From: a bacterium | Lineage (GTDB): Bacteria > J088 > JAWLBW01 | DNA length: 49,265 bases | Assembly: GCA_041687475.1 (NCBI GenBank) | Contig: JAWLBW010000003.1 | Span: forward strand, 1-49,265 | Reading direction: 5' to 3' | Program-made: the position numbers and the translations under genes | Notes under the pieces: model-generated | The model's input: the letters and a program-made list of their open reading frames with translations, nothing else | What the model was told of the DNA's origin: nothing | Database searches by the model: none | Shown: positions 27,425 to 37,870 of the stretch, piece by piece | How positions within the stretch are numbered: position 1 is the stretch's first letter | Layout of the letters: every line of letters starts with the position of its first letter

Positions 27425-30097
27425 TCAATGCGCTTCGGCCCAGCTGATTCCTTCGCCCACATCGACCACGAGGGGAACGGTAAGCGCAATCACGCCTTCC
27501 ATAATCTCGCGCACCAGCCCGCGAACGGTTTCCTTTTCGTCGTGGGGAACCTCGAACAGCAGCTCGTCGTGTACCTGCAGGGTCATGCGGGTACGCAGCT
27601 TGCGCTCGCGCAGAGCTTCGTCGACACGCACCATGGCAATCTTGATCATGTCGGCCGCCGTGCCCTGAATGGGGGTGTTGATGGCCGTTCGCTCGGCGAA
27701 CTGACGGACCTGCATGTTGCGGGCCATGATGTCGGGCAACAGGCGGCGCCGACCGAACAAGGTCGAAACGAATCCGCCCTGCCGCGCCTCTTCGGGCATG
27801 CGTTGAATGTAGCGCTTGACGCCCTCGTATCGCTCGAAATATCGGTTGATGATATCCTGCGCTTCGGCAGTGCCGATGCCCAGCGCCGTTGAAAGGCCGT
27901 AGGCCGTCTGTCCATAGGCAATGCCGAAATTCACGGCCTTGGCCTTGCGGCGCATGTTGTCGTCGACCTGCGTGGGGTCGACGCCGAACACCTCCGAGGC
28001 GGTGCGGCGGTGCACGTCTTCGCTGTTGCGGAAACTTTCCTGCAGAATGGCGTCGTCGGCAATATGGGCCAGCAGACGCAGCTCGACCTGGCTGTAGTCG
28101 AAGCTCATCATGACCATGCCCTCTTCGGCCACAAACGCCTGGCGAATACGGCGCCCCTCTTCGTCGCGAATAGGTATGTTCTGGAGGTTGGGGTCGGAGC
28201 TCGACAGACGCCCCGTGGCCGTCACCAGCTGGTTGAACCGGCAGTGAATGCGGCCGTCATCCCGGATAAGCGGGGGCAGCGCGTCGACATAGGTGCCCTT
28301 CAGCTTGGCGACCGTGCGATACTGCAGAATCAGCCTGGGCAGGGGATATTCGAGCGCCAGCTTTTCCAGGGCATCGCTGTCGGTCGTGAACTGACCGGTT
28401 TTCGTTTTTTTGATGCCCTTCGTCGCATAACCGAGCTTCTCGAACATGATTTCGTTGAGCTGCCGGGGCGACTGAATGTTGAATTGGCCGCCGGCGATGT
28501 CGAAAATCTTCGCCTCCAGCTCGCCCATGGTCTTGGCCAGCTCTTCGCTCAACTTGCCCAGGTGATCGCGGTCGACCTTGACGCCGGCACGCTCGAGCCG
28601 GGCAAGCACCGGCACCAGCGGACGCTCGATGTCGACATACAGCGACATCAGCCCCGAGGCAATGAGCTGGGGTTCGATTTCGTCTAGCAGACGCAACATG
28701 GCGTCGGCTCGATGGCAGGTAATACCGGCTACTTCTTCGCCCGTACACGCTCCCAGGGCTCGCGTGTTGCGCCCGGTTCCGCAGATCGTGTCCCACCCGG
28801 GCAACCGGCGCTGCAGGTATTCGTTGGCGAGCGCCCCCAGCTCCTGGCTCGGTCGCGACGGATTGAGCAGGTACGACATGAGCCCGATGTCGTCGACCGG
28901 CCCCACGGTCTCGCCGTCTTCGAGCATCAACGCAAGGTACAGCGACTTTGCGTCGACGGCCACGCGACGCACGTCTTCCCGCTCAAAGAAAGACTGTACC
29001 GTGGGCAACACCGCCTTCCACGTCAGTTCGCCCGTGAGGGGCAGGTAGAAGCCGGCCTCGTCGCTTCGCCGGGCGAAGGCGAGCCCGACGGGGGCATCCG
29101 ACAACGAATCGCCGTCTTCGAGCAACAGTTCGAAGGCGTACACGTCGCCCGCGCCGGCCGTGGCAAAGGCATCATCGAGTTCATCGACGCTCGTAAGCAC
29201 CCGCGACGATTCGACGTCGTGCACGGCCACTTCGGCGCGAACGGCTTCTTCTTCTTCAAAGGCGGCGGTGAGGCGGTTGAACTCCAACTCGCGGAAAAGC
29301 TTCACCAGCGCTTCCTTGTCAGGCTCAATGCGGGCAAAGTCTTCGATGGACTCCGGAATCTCGCACTCTTCGTGCAACGCCACCAGCTTGCGCGAGAGGC
29401 GCGCCTGGTCGGCATATTTCTCGACATTCTCGCGCTGCTTGCCCTTCAGGCTTGTCGTGCACGAGAGCAGGTTTTCGAGGCTTCCGAAATCGTTGACCAA
29501 CTTGACGGCGGTTTTCTGACCGATACCCGGAATACCGGGCACGTTGTCGATCTTGTCGCCCATCAGCGCCAGCACATCGCCCAGCTTCTCGGGGGGAACG
29601 CCCCATTTTTCGATGACGCCGTCACGGTCGTACAGCTTGTCCTTCATGGTGTCGAGCAACATGACCCTGTCGTCGTCGACCAGCTGCATGAGGTCTTTGT
29701 CGCCGCTGACGATGACGACGCGCCAGCCTTCGCGGCGCGCGCGGCAGGCCAGCGTGGCGATGATGTCGTCGGCCTCGAACCCCGGCATTTCGAGGCGCTT
29801 CACGCGAAAGCCGTCGAGCACCTGCTTGATCACCGGAAACTGCGGCGAAAGCTCAGAGGGCGTCTCGCCCCGCTCGGCCTTGTACTCGGCAAACATCTCG
29901 TCGCGAAAGGTCTTTTCGGGCGCGTCGAAGGCCGCCACGATGGCGTCGGGCTTTTCTTCGCGGAACAGCTTGATGAGCATGTTCGAAGTGCCCATGACGG
30001 CGTTGGTCGGAAAACCGCGCGAATTGGTAAGCAGCGGAAGCGCATGAAAGGCGCGGAAAATAATGTTCGGCGTGTCGATGAGGTAAAGAGACTTCAT
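27425..30097 (-). CDS. polA: DNA polymerase I
   Basis: 5'-3' exonuclease motifs (FRAFHA, EADDIIATL, SGDKD, GDKIDNVPGIPGIG) and polymerase motifs TATGRLSSSDPNLQNIP, DYSQVELR, KAVNFGIAYG and QVHDELLFE. Confidence 0.98.
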   Translation of the reverse strand: MKSLYLIDTPNIIFRAFHALPLLTNSRGFPTNAVMGTSNMLIKLFREEKPDAIVAAFDAPEKTFRDEMFAEYKAERGETPSELSPQFPVIKQVLDGFRVKRLEMPGFEADDIIATLACRARREGWRVVIVSGDKDLMQLVDDDRVMLLDTMKDKLYDRDGVIEKWGVPPEKLGDVLALMGDKIDNVPGIPGIGQKTAVKLVNDFGSLENLLSCTTSLKGKQRENVEKYADQARLSRKLVALHEECEIPESIEDFARIEPDKEALVKLFRELEFNRLTAAFEEEEAVRAEVAVHDVESSRVLTSVDELDDAFATAGAGDVYAFELLLEDGDSLSDAPVGLAFARRSDEAGFYLPLTGELTWKAVLPTVQSFFEREDVRRVAVDAKSLYLALMLEDGETVGPVDDIGLMSYLLNPSRPSQELGALANEYLQRRLPGWDTICGTGRNTRALGACTGEEVAGITCHRADAMLRLLDEIEPQLIASGLMSLYVDIERPLVPVLARLERAGVKVDRDHLGKLSEELAKTMGELEAKIFDIAGGQFNIQSPRQLNEIMFEKLGYATKGIKKTKTGQFTTDSDALEKLALEYPLPRLILQYRTVAKLKGTYVDALPPLIRDDGRIHCRFNQLVTATGRLSSSDPNLQNIPIRDEEGRRIRQAFVAEEGMVMMSFDYSQVELRLLAHIADDAILQESFRNSEDVHRRTASEVFGVDPTQVDDNMRRKAKAVNFGIAYGQTAYGLSTALGIGTAEAQDIINRYFERYEGVKRYIQRMPEEARQGGFVSTLFGRRRLLPDIMARNMQVRQFAERTAINTPIQGTAADMIKIAMVRVDEALRERKLRTRMTLQVHDELLFEVPHDEKETVRGLVREIMEGVIALTVPLVVDVGEGISWAEAH

Positions 30098-30204
30098 GGC
30101 AAGGGTACTTGGGGCCGCAACGGATACGCGAGGCCCCTGAAATGCAGGTCAACGGCTGACCGGGCGAACGCCGGAAATGGCGCACGCAAACGGCGTAACC
30201 ACGC

Positions 30205-30213
30205 ATTATACCA
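30205..30213 (-). promoter_or_regulatory. Extended -10 promoter for polA
   Basis: Minus strand TGGTATAAT (perfect TGn-TATAAT) about 110 bp upstream of the polA start. Confidence 0.6.
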
Positions 30214-30242
30214 TTCACGTGCAGGACGGTTGCATGGTGAAC

Positions 30243-30321
30243 GCAGACGGCAGACGGCGGACGGCAGGGGGAGTGATAGGTGATAGGTGATAGGTGAGAG
30301 GTGAGAGGTGAGAGGTGAGAG
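30243..30321. repeat. Compound 7-bp microsatellite
   Basis: (GCAGACG)2 GCGGACG at 30243-30263, then (GTGATAG)3(GTGAGAG)4 at 30273-30321. Confidence 0.9.
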
Positions 30322-30348
30322 GTTAATCGCCCAGTCCGGTGGCGCGCG

Positions 30349-30407
30349 TGTGACCTGTGGCCGGTTCACGGTCGGCACGGGTGCAGGGTTGTGACCTGTG
30401 GCCGGTT
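30349..30407. repeat. Exact 18-bp direct repeat
   Basis: TGTGACCTGTGGCCGGTT at 30349-30366 and 30390-30407. Confidence 0.85.
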
Positions 30408-30603
30408 GCGTGGCTAAGGGGGCCACGTTCAGCTATCCGGGCGCTGCCTGCTGCCCGCAGAAAGAAAATTTACGAAAGACACGGGAACGAAGTGGCGCGT
30501 CGCCGGTAGCAAGCCCACCCCTCTGCGCTCCCTGCGGGCTCCTGTAAAACGCACTTCGCTTACAAGTGGGCGCGAAGCGCGACCGAAGCCGACCACCCAG
30601 GAA

Positions 30604-30634
30604 ACAAAAAGGGCGGCCTGCGCCGCCCTTTTGT
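30604..30634 (-). terminator. Rho-independent (possibly bidirectional) terminator after the M16 protease gene
   Basis: AAAAGGGCGGC-ctgc-GCCGCCCTTTT immediately past the stop at 30636. Confidence 0.85.
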
Positions 30635-30635
30635 C

Positions 30636-33347
30636 TTATTTCACCAGAACGAAGGTTACCCGATCGGATAACAGGTACTCACGCGCAACCCGGTTGACGT
30701 CTTCGACCGAAACGGCATCGATACGCTCCGGATATTCGTCGAAGGCAAACCGGAAGCCGAGGCCGCTCAGTTCGCCATTGGCCATGGTCGACGCGCGGGC
30801 GATTCGAGTCTGCAGGTCGACGGCCATGTTGCCGATGAGAAAGCTCTTGGCCTCTTCGACCTCACGTTCGCTTACCCCCCGCTCGCGCAACAACCGAATC
30901 TGCTCCTTCACGCCGGTAACGGCTTCGTCGACCTTGTCGGGTGCGGTCGCGATGTACACCAACCAGGTACCGGCCTCGTAGCGCAGCGGAAGAATACTTG
31001 TGACGGAATACGCCAGGCTCTGCCTGTCGCGCAGTTGCAGGAACAGACGGCCGCCCATGCCGGCCATGATGGCGTTCATGACCTCGAAGGCATAACGATC
31101 ATCGGAACGAATATCGGGCCCCGGCCAGCCGTAGAAGATGTGACTCTGCGCCTTGCCTTTCTCGACCACCCCGGAAACCGGACGGTTGTGCGCGGGAAAA
31201 TCAAGCTCGGCAACCCGGAATTCGCCCTGGGCACGGTGGCTCGCAAATCGCCGTGCGTACTCTTCTATGAACCGCTCGGCTTCGACGTTGCCCACCACCG
31301 AAACGACCATGCTGTCGGAACGCAACACGTCTTCCTTGTAGTCGCGCAGATCGTCGCGTTGAATGCGGCGCACGACTTCTTCATCGCCCAGGCCCATGCG
31401 GCCGTAGCCGTTCTCGCCGAACATGGCCGGAAGGAATTCGAGCAGCCCGAGCTCAAAGAGATTGTCCTGACGCAACCGGAACTGGGGCAGAATGCGCTGA
31501 CGCACGCTCTCTACCTCTTCGGCCGGGAATGATGCACGCTGCACGACGTCGGCGAAAATGTCGAGGCCCGGGTAACCGACGGTTTCCTCGTCCTGAATGT
31601 AGCGCATCGAGAAAGACACGTTGTCGTAGTTCTCGCGGAAGCTCAAGCTGCCGTTGATATCTTCAAGACGGGCCACGAGCTGCTCGCGGGTCAGGTTTTC
31701 GGTGCCCAGCGTCAACGCCCCCGTCATGAAGTTGGTTATGCCCGCCCACTCGGCAGGCTCGTTCCTCAGCCCACCCAGGAAGCCGCCGGTAATCGAGACA
31801 ATGGGAAGCGAGGGATCGGGCGTTACGAGCAATGACGTGCCGTTGTCGAAACGTACCACGGTCGTTCCTTCGATCTGTTCACGCTCGACCACCTTCAATG
31901 CAGGAGCGCGCTTGCGGGCCCGCTCCCACTCGTCGGAGACGATGGAGGCGACTTTCACTTCATCGGCCTTACCCGCGTCTTCGTCGCTGACGACGGCCAA
32001 CGTCAGGTTCTCGGGATGCAGATACTTACGAGCGACCTCGGCAATATCGGTCGGCGTCAGGCCGGCGATGTAGTCGAGATACTTACGGTCGAAATCGATA
32101 TCGCCGGCGATGACCTTGAAGAAGCCCAGCTGGCTTGCCATGCCCTGCGCCGTTTCCATCTGGTAAACGAAGTCGGCGGCCACCTTGCTCTTGGCAAACT
32201 CGAGCCGGTCTTCAGGCACGTCGCCGTTGGCAAGGTCGAACAGGATGCGCAGACTCTGCCGAATGACCTCGGGCCGCTTCTGCGGGTCATAGGTGGCGCC
32301 GGCCACGAAGTATCCGGGGTCTACCGGCGTCCAACTGTAGGTATACACGGAAGTCGCCAGGCGCAACCGATGCACCAGCTCGCTGATGAGCAGGCCGTTC
32401 GAACTTCCCGACATCATGTCGGAAATGACGTCCATGGCCCACGATTCCTCATCGTTGATGGGGGGAATGTGAAAGCCCATGGCCAGGCGCTCTTGCTGGA
32501 AGGGCTTGATCTCATGAACGAAGCGGAACTCATTCTGCGCTGCCTGCCCGGGGCGCTCACGGCTGAGATCGGGGTTGGATTCGAACCCGCGGAACGCGGC
32601 CGCAATCTTTTCCCGTGCCTCGGCCGTTTCAAAATCGCCTACGATGACGAGGGTCATGTTGTTGGGCGCGTACCAGTTCTTGAAGAAGTCGAGAATCTGC
32701 TGCCGGGTCAGCGAGCGCACGGTCTCTTCGCTGCCGATGACCGGGCGTCCATACGGGTGGCGCGGAAACATCTTTCCGCTCATGGCCTCGTGCAGCGCAC
32801 GGTCGGGGTTGTCGCGGCCGCGCCGGATTTCCTCGACCACGACTTCGAGTTCCTTCCGCAGCTCTTCGGGGTCGAACGAGCTGTTCTGGGTCGCATCGGC
32901 CAGAATGTCGAGGCCGGTGTCGAAAAACCGTGACGCCAGCGTCAGATGGTAAACCGTCTGGTCGTTGGACGTGTAGGCGTTGATGTCGCCGCCCGCGGCA
33001 CTTACCTCACGCCCGATCTGGCCCACTTCGCGCTTGTCGGTACCCTTGAAAAGCATGTGCTCGAAGACATGGGCGATGCCGGCCTGGCTTTCGACTTCAT
33101 CGGCGCCGCCGACCCGCACCCACATCTGCATGGCCACCACCGGCGCCGAGCGCTCCTCACGCAGAACGACAGTCAGACCGTTGGGCAGTTGGTACACCGT
33201 GGGCCGGGCAACCGCCTCGTCTTCCCCTTGCGCGGGGGCGGCCCTGCCCTCTTCCCTGACATTGGCTTTACCGCCGGCACAGGCCGAAACGAACGACAGA
33301 ACGAGAAGAAGCAACCAGAAAGGGTACATCCGCAGAGTATTCAGCAT
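30636..33347 (-). CDS. M16 (pitrilysin/insulinase family) zinc protease, lipoprotein
   Basis: Lipobox VSAC, LPNGL, inverted zinc motif AHVFEHMLFKGT, NAYTS, YAPNN, and a second half with RLFLQLRDRQSLAYSV. Confidence 0.93.
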   Translation of the reverse strand: MLNTLRMYPFWLLLLVLSFVSACAGGKANVREEGRAAPAQGEDEAVARPTVYQLPNGLTVVLREERSAPVVAMQMWVRVGGADEVESQAGIAHVFEHMLFKGTDKREVGQIGREVSAAGGDINAYTSNDQTVYHLTLASRFFDTGLDILADATQNSSFDPEELRKELEVVVEEIRRGRDNPDRALHEAMSGKMFPRHPYGRPVIGSEETVRSLTRQQILDFFKNWYAPNNMTLVIVGDFETAEAREKIAAAFRGFESNPDLSRERPGQAAQNEFRFVHEIKPFQQERLAMGFHIPPINDEESWAMDVISDMMSGSSNGLLISELVHRLRLATSVYTYSWTPVDPGYFVAGATYDPQKRPEVIRQSLRILFDLANGDVPEDRLEFAKSKVAADFVYQMETAQGMASQLGFFKVIAGDIDFDRKYLDYIAGLTPTDIAEVARKYLHPENLTLAVVSDEDAGKADEVKVASIVSDEWERARKRAPALKVVEREQIEGTTVVRFDNGTSLLVTPDPSLPIVSITGGFLGGLRNEPAEWAGITNFMTGALTLGTENLTREQLVARLEDINGSLSFRENYDNVSFSMRYIQDEETVGYPGLDIFADVVQRASFPAEEVESVRQRILPQFRLRQDNLFELGLLEFLPAMFGENGYGRMGLGDEEVVRRIQRDDLRDYKEDVLRSDSMVVSVVGNVEAERFIEEYARRFASHRAQGEFRVAELDFPAHNRPVSGVVEKGKAQSHIFYGWPGPDIRSDDRYAFEVMNAIMAGMGGRLFLQLRDRQSLAYSVTSILPLRYEAGTWLVYIATAPDKVDEAVTGVKEQIRLLRERGVSEREVEEAKSFLIGNMAVDLQTRIARASTMANGELSGLGFRFAFDEYPERIDAVSVEDVNRVAREYLLSDRVTFVLVK

Positions 33348-33581
33348 AGAAACCTACAAGCAATAACACGGCAAAGCCTCATTATACAGAGCCCTACCGA
33401 CGTGGGGAACGTGGTCTGCCAAAAATCGCTCGCGGGTGTGCGGACTCGAGAGCGTTCGGAAGTGGAACGCCCCTATCGGCGGCGCCCTTTTCCCGGCAGG
33501 CCTCGCCCAAAAAAGAAAACGCCGAACCACGGGAACATTCCGCATTCGGCGCTCGCACAATTTCCACAATGGAGCTGAGGC

Positions 33582-34010
33582 TCAGTAACCCTTTTCGAGT
33601 ACCCAGACACCGTGTTCATACCGCCAGTGTTCGACTTTACGAACCTTACGCAGCGTGACGTCGGGTATCTCGATTTCCCGGCGCAGCACGAAAACGGTGG
33701 CGGTAGTGACCTCGTCGGGGGCCTGGCCGGGTTTGCCGTACGCAAGGCTCTCGATGACGATGCTCTCGATGTTCAGCACGTCGGTGCTGTCGCCGTAGCG
33801 TTCGAGAAAGTCGGCCCGCTCTTCGGGGTCGACATGGGAAGCAGCCTGGGGAACGCGCTTCCAGCGCAGGTTCTTGTGGAAGTCGGCCACCTGCTCATTC
33901 AACTGGTCTTGCCGCTTCTGCGCCTGGCGCCGGGCCGCGCAGGCGGAAAAGGCGCCCTGCCCGAAAACGAGCAGGAGGGCCATCACGAAAATGCGTCGAA
34001 AGCTACGCAT
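33582..34010 (-). CDS. Small hypothetical lipoprotein
   Basis: Signal peptide with lipobox FSAC, 6 bp downstream of the 34017 gene. Resembles 40533..40958. Confidence 0.75.
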   Translation of the reverse strand: MRSFRRIFVMALLLVFGQGAFSACAARRQAQKRQDQLNEQVADFHKNLRWKRVPQAASHVDPEERADFLERYGDSTDVLNIESIVIESLAYGKPGQAPDEVTTATVFVLRREIEIPDVTLRKVRKVEHWRYEHGVWVLEKGY

Positions 34011-34016
34011 GCAGGC

Positions 34017-35837
34017 TTACAGCCCGACCAGGTCGAGAATGCCGTCGAGCGAGGTCGACAGCGCCGCCAGCCAGGCGTTGAAGGTGCGGTTGTCGGCCCG
34101 GTCGAAACCCGAGCGGCTGTCGACATTGCGCAGCGCATCGGCCACGTCGCCGCCCGTTGCATCGGCAAGACCTTCGAGGTCGAGCCACAGAACGCCGTGG
34201 AAGCTGGCATCCTGGAAAGCAATGTAGGGGAAGCTGCCTTCGATACCGTCGGCTTCAATGGGCGTCAACGTAACGGCCGCATCGGTTACCGCAGCGGCGA
34301 AGTGAGCCGTATCGGCACGGGCATCGCCCTCGCCGCAGGTCAAGCCGTCGAGCAGGTCGTCGAAGCTCGCCGGGCGGAAGGCGACCGGAAGCGAACCGGC
34401 GTCGCTGCGGCATTCACGCTCCATGACGAAACCATTGGCCGTGGCAAGACAATCGGCCATGTCATTGCAGGCGATATCTTCCCACACCGGCAGCAGGCCG
34501 CGCAGGTTACCGGCAAGGTCGCTGTCGTCGACGGCGAAGAAGGCGTACAGGTCAATCTCAAGGCTGTCGCCGAGGAAGCTGCGAACCGTGTTCTTGATGA
34601 GCGTCGGGGTCGCAATGGCCAGACCGGCCGATTCGGCAATGCTCGAACCCAGCGAAGCCACCAGCGGCAGCAGGTCGTGGTCGAAATTGATACGCGGACG
34701 CTCGTCGTAGAAACCTCCCAGGGCCTCAAGCTGAACGCGGTCGCGCTCGGCGTATTCGGCCGGAATGCTCACGACGTCGTCCCAGTGCAGGTTCACGCGC
34801 AGCTTCTGGAAGAGGCAGGCCGAATGCTCCATGAGGTTCGGCAGCTCCGAGCTGTTGCCGATTTCGGCAAGCCCCAGCAGGCTGAACGATTCACGGGCGG
34901 TCTCTTCATCATAGACGGCCGTTTCGTCGTCGATACCGGCGCAGCTGTCGGCCAGCGGGTTGAGCGCCGGGTCGTAGCGGCCGTTGTCGTTGGCGTCGAC
35001 GTACTGGAGCATGTCGTCGCTCTGGTCGTCGGTTTCAATGCTGGTCAGGTACAGGGCCGTCTGCCAGTTGTGAACCGCCTTGCCGATCTGCCAGCCGGCC
35101 TTGGCCAGCAGCTCGTTGCCGCCGTCGGGCTTGACCGACAGGAAGTTCGGGTAGTTCGGGTCGTTGAGAATGTAGGTAATCAGGCTCTGCAGGTGCTGCA
35201 AATTATCCATGCTGAAGCCCGACTGCGACAGGTAGTCGTACGCGCGCAGCACGTCGAAGCGCAGGTCGATGCTGTCGCCCAGGTTCAGCGCGCCGAGAAG
35301 GCCGGTCACCAGGGTATCGACCAGGAACAGGTCGGCGCGATCCCACTCGCCGCCGAGATCGATCGTCGGCTCGGTGCTGGCCGAAAGATAAATGGGCAGT
35401 GACTTGATGCGGAACGTGAAACCCGGGTTCCCCTGGGCAAGCAGCAGATTGCGATCGATGCTCTCGAACTTCGAGCGAAGGTCGTGAATGACGTCGGTCA
35501 CCAGCTGATTCACGAATTCGTTCTCTTCGGCCGAGGCAGGAGCGAGGCCGCCGGCCAGCGACGAAACCAGGCGAATCGTATCGGTGAAGCTCAGGAGGTC
35601 GGCCAGCACCATGCCGAAGCGGGCTTCGGAATGGGTCGGGTCGTAATTGTCGACCACGTAGGCGAAGTTTTCCCTGGCCTGTCCCCAGCGATTTTCGCTG
35701 AGGTACTTCTTGCCCTGGGTGACAAGGCGTTCGGAATCTTCCTGGAGGGCTTCATCGCCATTATAGCCGCGACAACCGGCGGCAAAGGTCGATAGAGCAA
35801 GGGTGAGGGCAAGGATCGACTTCACGAATGTACGCAC
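34017..35837 (-). CDS. Large acidic hypothetical lipoprotein (N-terminal TPR-like region, EF-hand-like loop)
   Basis: Lipobox AAGC, TPR-like LVTQGKKYL...ARFG, DANDNGRYD loop and GGAG RBS. Confidence 0.75.
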   Translation of the reverse strand: MRTFVKSILALTLALSTFAAGCRGYNGDEALQEDSERLVTQGKKYLSENRWGQARENFAYVVDNYDPTHSEARFGMVLADLLSFTDTIRLVSSLAGGLAPASAEENEFVNQLVTDVIHDLRSKFESIDRNLLLAQGNPGFTFRIKSLPIYLSASTEPTIDLGGEWDRADLFLVDTLVTGLLGALNLGDSIDLRFDVLRAYDYLSQSGFSMDNLQHLQSLITYILNDPNYPNFLSVKPDGGNELLAKAGWQIGKAVHNWQTALYLTSIETDDQSDDMLQYVDANDNGRYDPALNPLADSCAGIDDETAVYDEETARESFSLLGLAEIGNSSELPNLMEHSACLFQKLRVNLHWDDVVSIPAEYAERDRVQLEALGGFYDERPRINFDHDLLPLVASLGSSIAESAGLAIATPTLIKNTVRSFLGDSLEIDLYAFFAVDDSDLAGNLRGLLPVWEDIACNDMADCLATANGFVMERECRSDAGSLPVAFRPASFDDLLDGLTCGEGDARADTAHFAAAVTDAAVTLTPIEADGIEGSFPYIAFQDASFHGVLWLDLEGLADATGGDVADALRNVDSRSGFDRADNRTFNAWLAALSTSLDGILDLVGL

Positions 35838-36060
35838 GGGGCATTCTCCGGGCTTCCAAAGGTTTGGCGTACAGAATATTCAGCAGTAACCGAATTGTCA
35901 AATAACCGGTCGGCGTTTCGGGCCTCGCCCCGATGCAGCAACGACGAATGTGCCCGATTTCCACGCGGTCGAATGAGATACCGGTGTCACTGTCGGGGCA
36001 AGAACGAGCGCCTCGCCAATCGGGGGCGTCGGCCGGGAACGCTTTGCCTGCCGCCACGCT

Positions 36061-37131
36061 TCAGAAAAGAACGCGCATGCCGACATTCAGGCGGGTAGCG
36101 GGCACGAAACGGCGGGTGGTTTCGCCGCTCGTGTCGGGGTAGTAGCGAAGCGCCGCGAACAATACGACAGGCAGCGTGATCTGCGCGTCGAGGCCCGCTT
36201 CGCCGTAGGGCAGAAGCAGGGCACGCCGCAACGCAAGCGCGCCGGTAATCTGTTGCCAGGCCACCTCGGCCCCCAGCGAAGCCGTGGCGTCGAGACCGCC
36301 GGTGACACCGTCCCAATGCAGAAGCGGTTGGCGGTACCGGCTGAACAGCCCGGCCCGCCACTCGGAAAGACGCGTGCGCTCGCCCGTGCCGTCATCGACC
36401 AGAAATCTTTCGTCTTCGAGGTATCCTCGCACGATGGTGCGGGAAAGGCCGGCGCCGATTCCGAGCCTGGGCATGGGCAGCCATTCAAGCTCGAGACCGG
36501 TCGACAGGTAGGGGTCGCTGCCGAAGACGTCGCGCTGAAAGTCGATGCCCAGGTAGTTCAGGCTGAAGGCGAAGGGGCGGCGCTCGGTAATATAGCGTAC
36601 TTTGCTTCCGTCGACGACGGCGGTGCCCACCTCGGTGCCTGCCGGAAATACGGCATCGCCGGAAAGGTATTCAAGCGCGAAGGGCGGCTCTTCGACGCCC
36701 TCGCCTATCGGCTGCCCCGACAACGCCCGCACGACATGCACCCGATCGGGCGTGCCGACCGAAGCCCAGGCGGTAACGAGGGCACTTACCGGCAACAGGA
36801 ATGTCGCGACGGTGGGGCCGGCCAGCAGAAACACCCCGTTCAGCGGCAGCGCAAGCGCCGCCACACCCGTACGCGCAAACGCCCGATCGGCAGGCACCAG
36901 CCGCGTAACGGACGTAACGCTTTCGCCCACCTGCAGCCGGTTCAGGGCGAACGCCTCATCGTCTTCGACGGCAAGCGGCGTAACCCCCACGGCGGCTCCG
37001 TTCCACGTAACGGGCAGGCCGGGCGGGTCCGACGTAACCAGCATGCGGTGCGTACAGCCCGCCGCTACGATGACCGGCAAAAGCAGAAGCCCCACCATAC
37101 GCGGCAACAACCGGGCGCTGAAGCGACGCAT
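36061..37131 (-). CDS. PEGA-like domain lipoprotein with a probable C-terminal beta-barrel region
   Basis: Start MRRFSARLL at ATG 37131 (GAGGAAGG RBS), lipobox AAGC, PEGA-like VTSDPPGLPVTWNG..VGVTP, and amphipathic strands ending ...NVGMRVLF. Confidence 0.65.
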   Translation of the reverse strand: MRRFSARLLPRMVGLLLLPVIVAAGCTHRMLVTSDPPGLPVTWNGAAVGVTPLAVEDDEAFALNRLQVGESVTSVTRLVPADRAFARTGVAALALPLNGVFLLAGPTVATFLLPVSALVTAWASVGTPDRVHVVRALSGQPIGEGVEEPPFALEYLSGDAVFPAGTEVGTAVVDGSKVRYITERRPFAFSLNYLGIDFQRDVFGSDPYLSTGLELEWLPMPRLGIGAGLSRTIVRGYLEDERFLVDDGTGERTRLSEWRAGLFSRYRQPLLHWDGVTGGLDATASLGAEVAWQQITGALALRRALLLPYGEAGLDAQITLPVVLFAALRYYPDTSGETTRRFVPATRLNVGMRVLF

Positions 37132-37138
37132 ACCTTCC

Positions 37139-37693
37139 TCAACCGGGGTAAAGATAGTCGCCCAGAACGCGCAACGCGAAAAGCGTGTCGATTTCCCGCT
37201 TGCCTCGCAGCGCGGCCTCGGCCTGCAGGCGCTGCAGGGCGCCGATGACACGGGCCGGCGTCTGCAGCCGTTCAACCAACGTAGCCAGGGCTTCGGGGTC
37301 GACGACCAGCGATAGAGCCGCCGCCGTTTCACGAGCCACGGCATGCACGATTTCGGTTTCCATGGCCACGGAAACAATACGTCCGCCCAATTGCTGAAAG
37401 CGTTGCCTGATTGCGCCCGCATCGGAGGCCTCGTCGTCAAGCGCCGCAATCAGGCGCTTATCGCCATAGCCGCCGTGGGGAAGGGGTAGAACGAGCGGGT
37501 CTTCGAAACAGATGTCGTTCTGCCCTGCTTCAGCCGCGATTTTTCTCGCCCGACGCACGAGCGTCGACTTTCCGCTGCCCTGTGGGCCGCAGAGAAGAAT
37601 ACGCCGGAAATATTCGTCGCCCGCCACACAGGCGCTGACGCCCTGATAGGCCAGCGTATTGGCGGGTGTGACCAGAAAGGTATCTGTTTCCAT
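37139..37693 (-). CDS. Short DnaA/Hda-like AAA+ protein
   Basis: TFLVTPANTLAY and Walker A GPQGSGKST, then a lid-like region VDPEALATLVERL...GALQRL resembling DnaA domain III. Confidence 0.6.
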   Translation of the reverse strand: METDTFLVTPANTLAYQGVSACVAGDEYFRRILLCGPQGSGKSTLVRRARKIAAEAGQNDICFEDPLVLPLPHGGYGDKRLIAALDDEASDAGAIRQRFQQLGGRIVSVAMETEIVHAVARETAAALSLVVDPEALATLVERLQTPARVIGALQRLQAEAALRGKREIDTLFALRVLGDYLYPG

Positions 37694-37870
37694 TGAACAA
37701 CCGTACTAACAAAGTACCCGTGGGCTTACCGGAACGCCAGCCCCGGTATCTTCAAGGTTTGCGCGGCCCTTCGTAAGCGCTTTCACCGTACGAACCTGCA
37801 TACCGGCGACACTGGTGCTATGCTTATGTGTCAGGCACCCGAATACCAAACCGTTCCTGCAGTAGAAACC

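Noticed and set aside
30094-30426. 110-aa ORF containing LSPLTSHLSPITYHLS
   Set aside because: It is a translation of the heptamer microsatellite and the polA promoter region.
36061-37449. 462-aa version of the PEGA gene
   Set aside because: The extension overlaps the DnaA-like ORF. The RBS and signal peptide point to ATG 37131.
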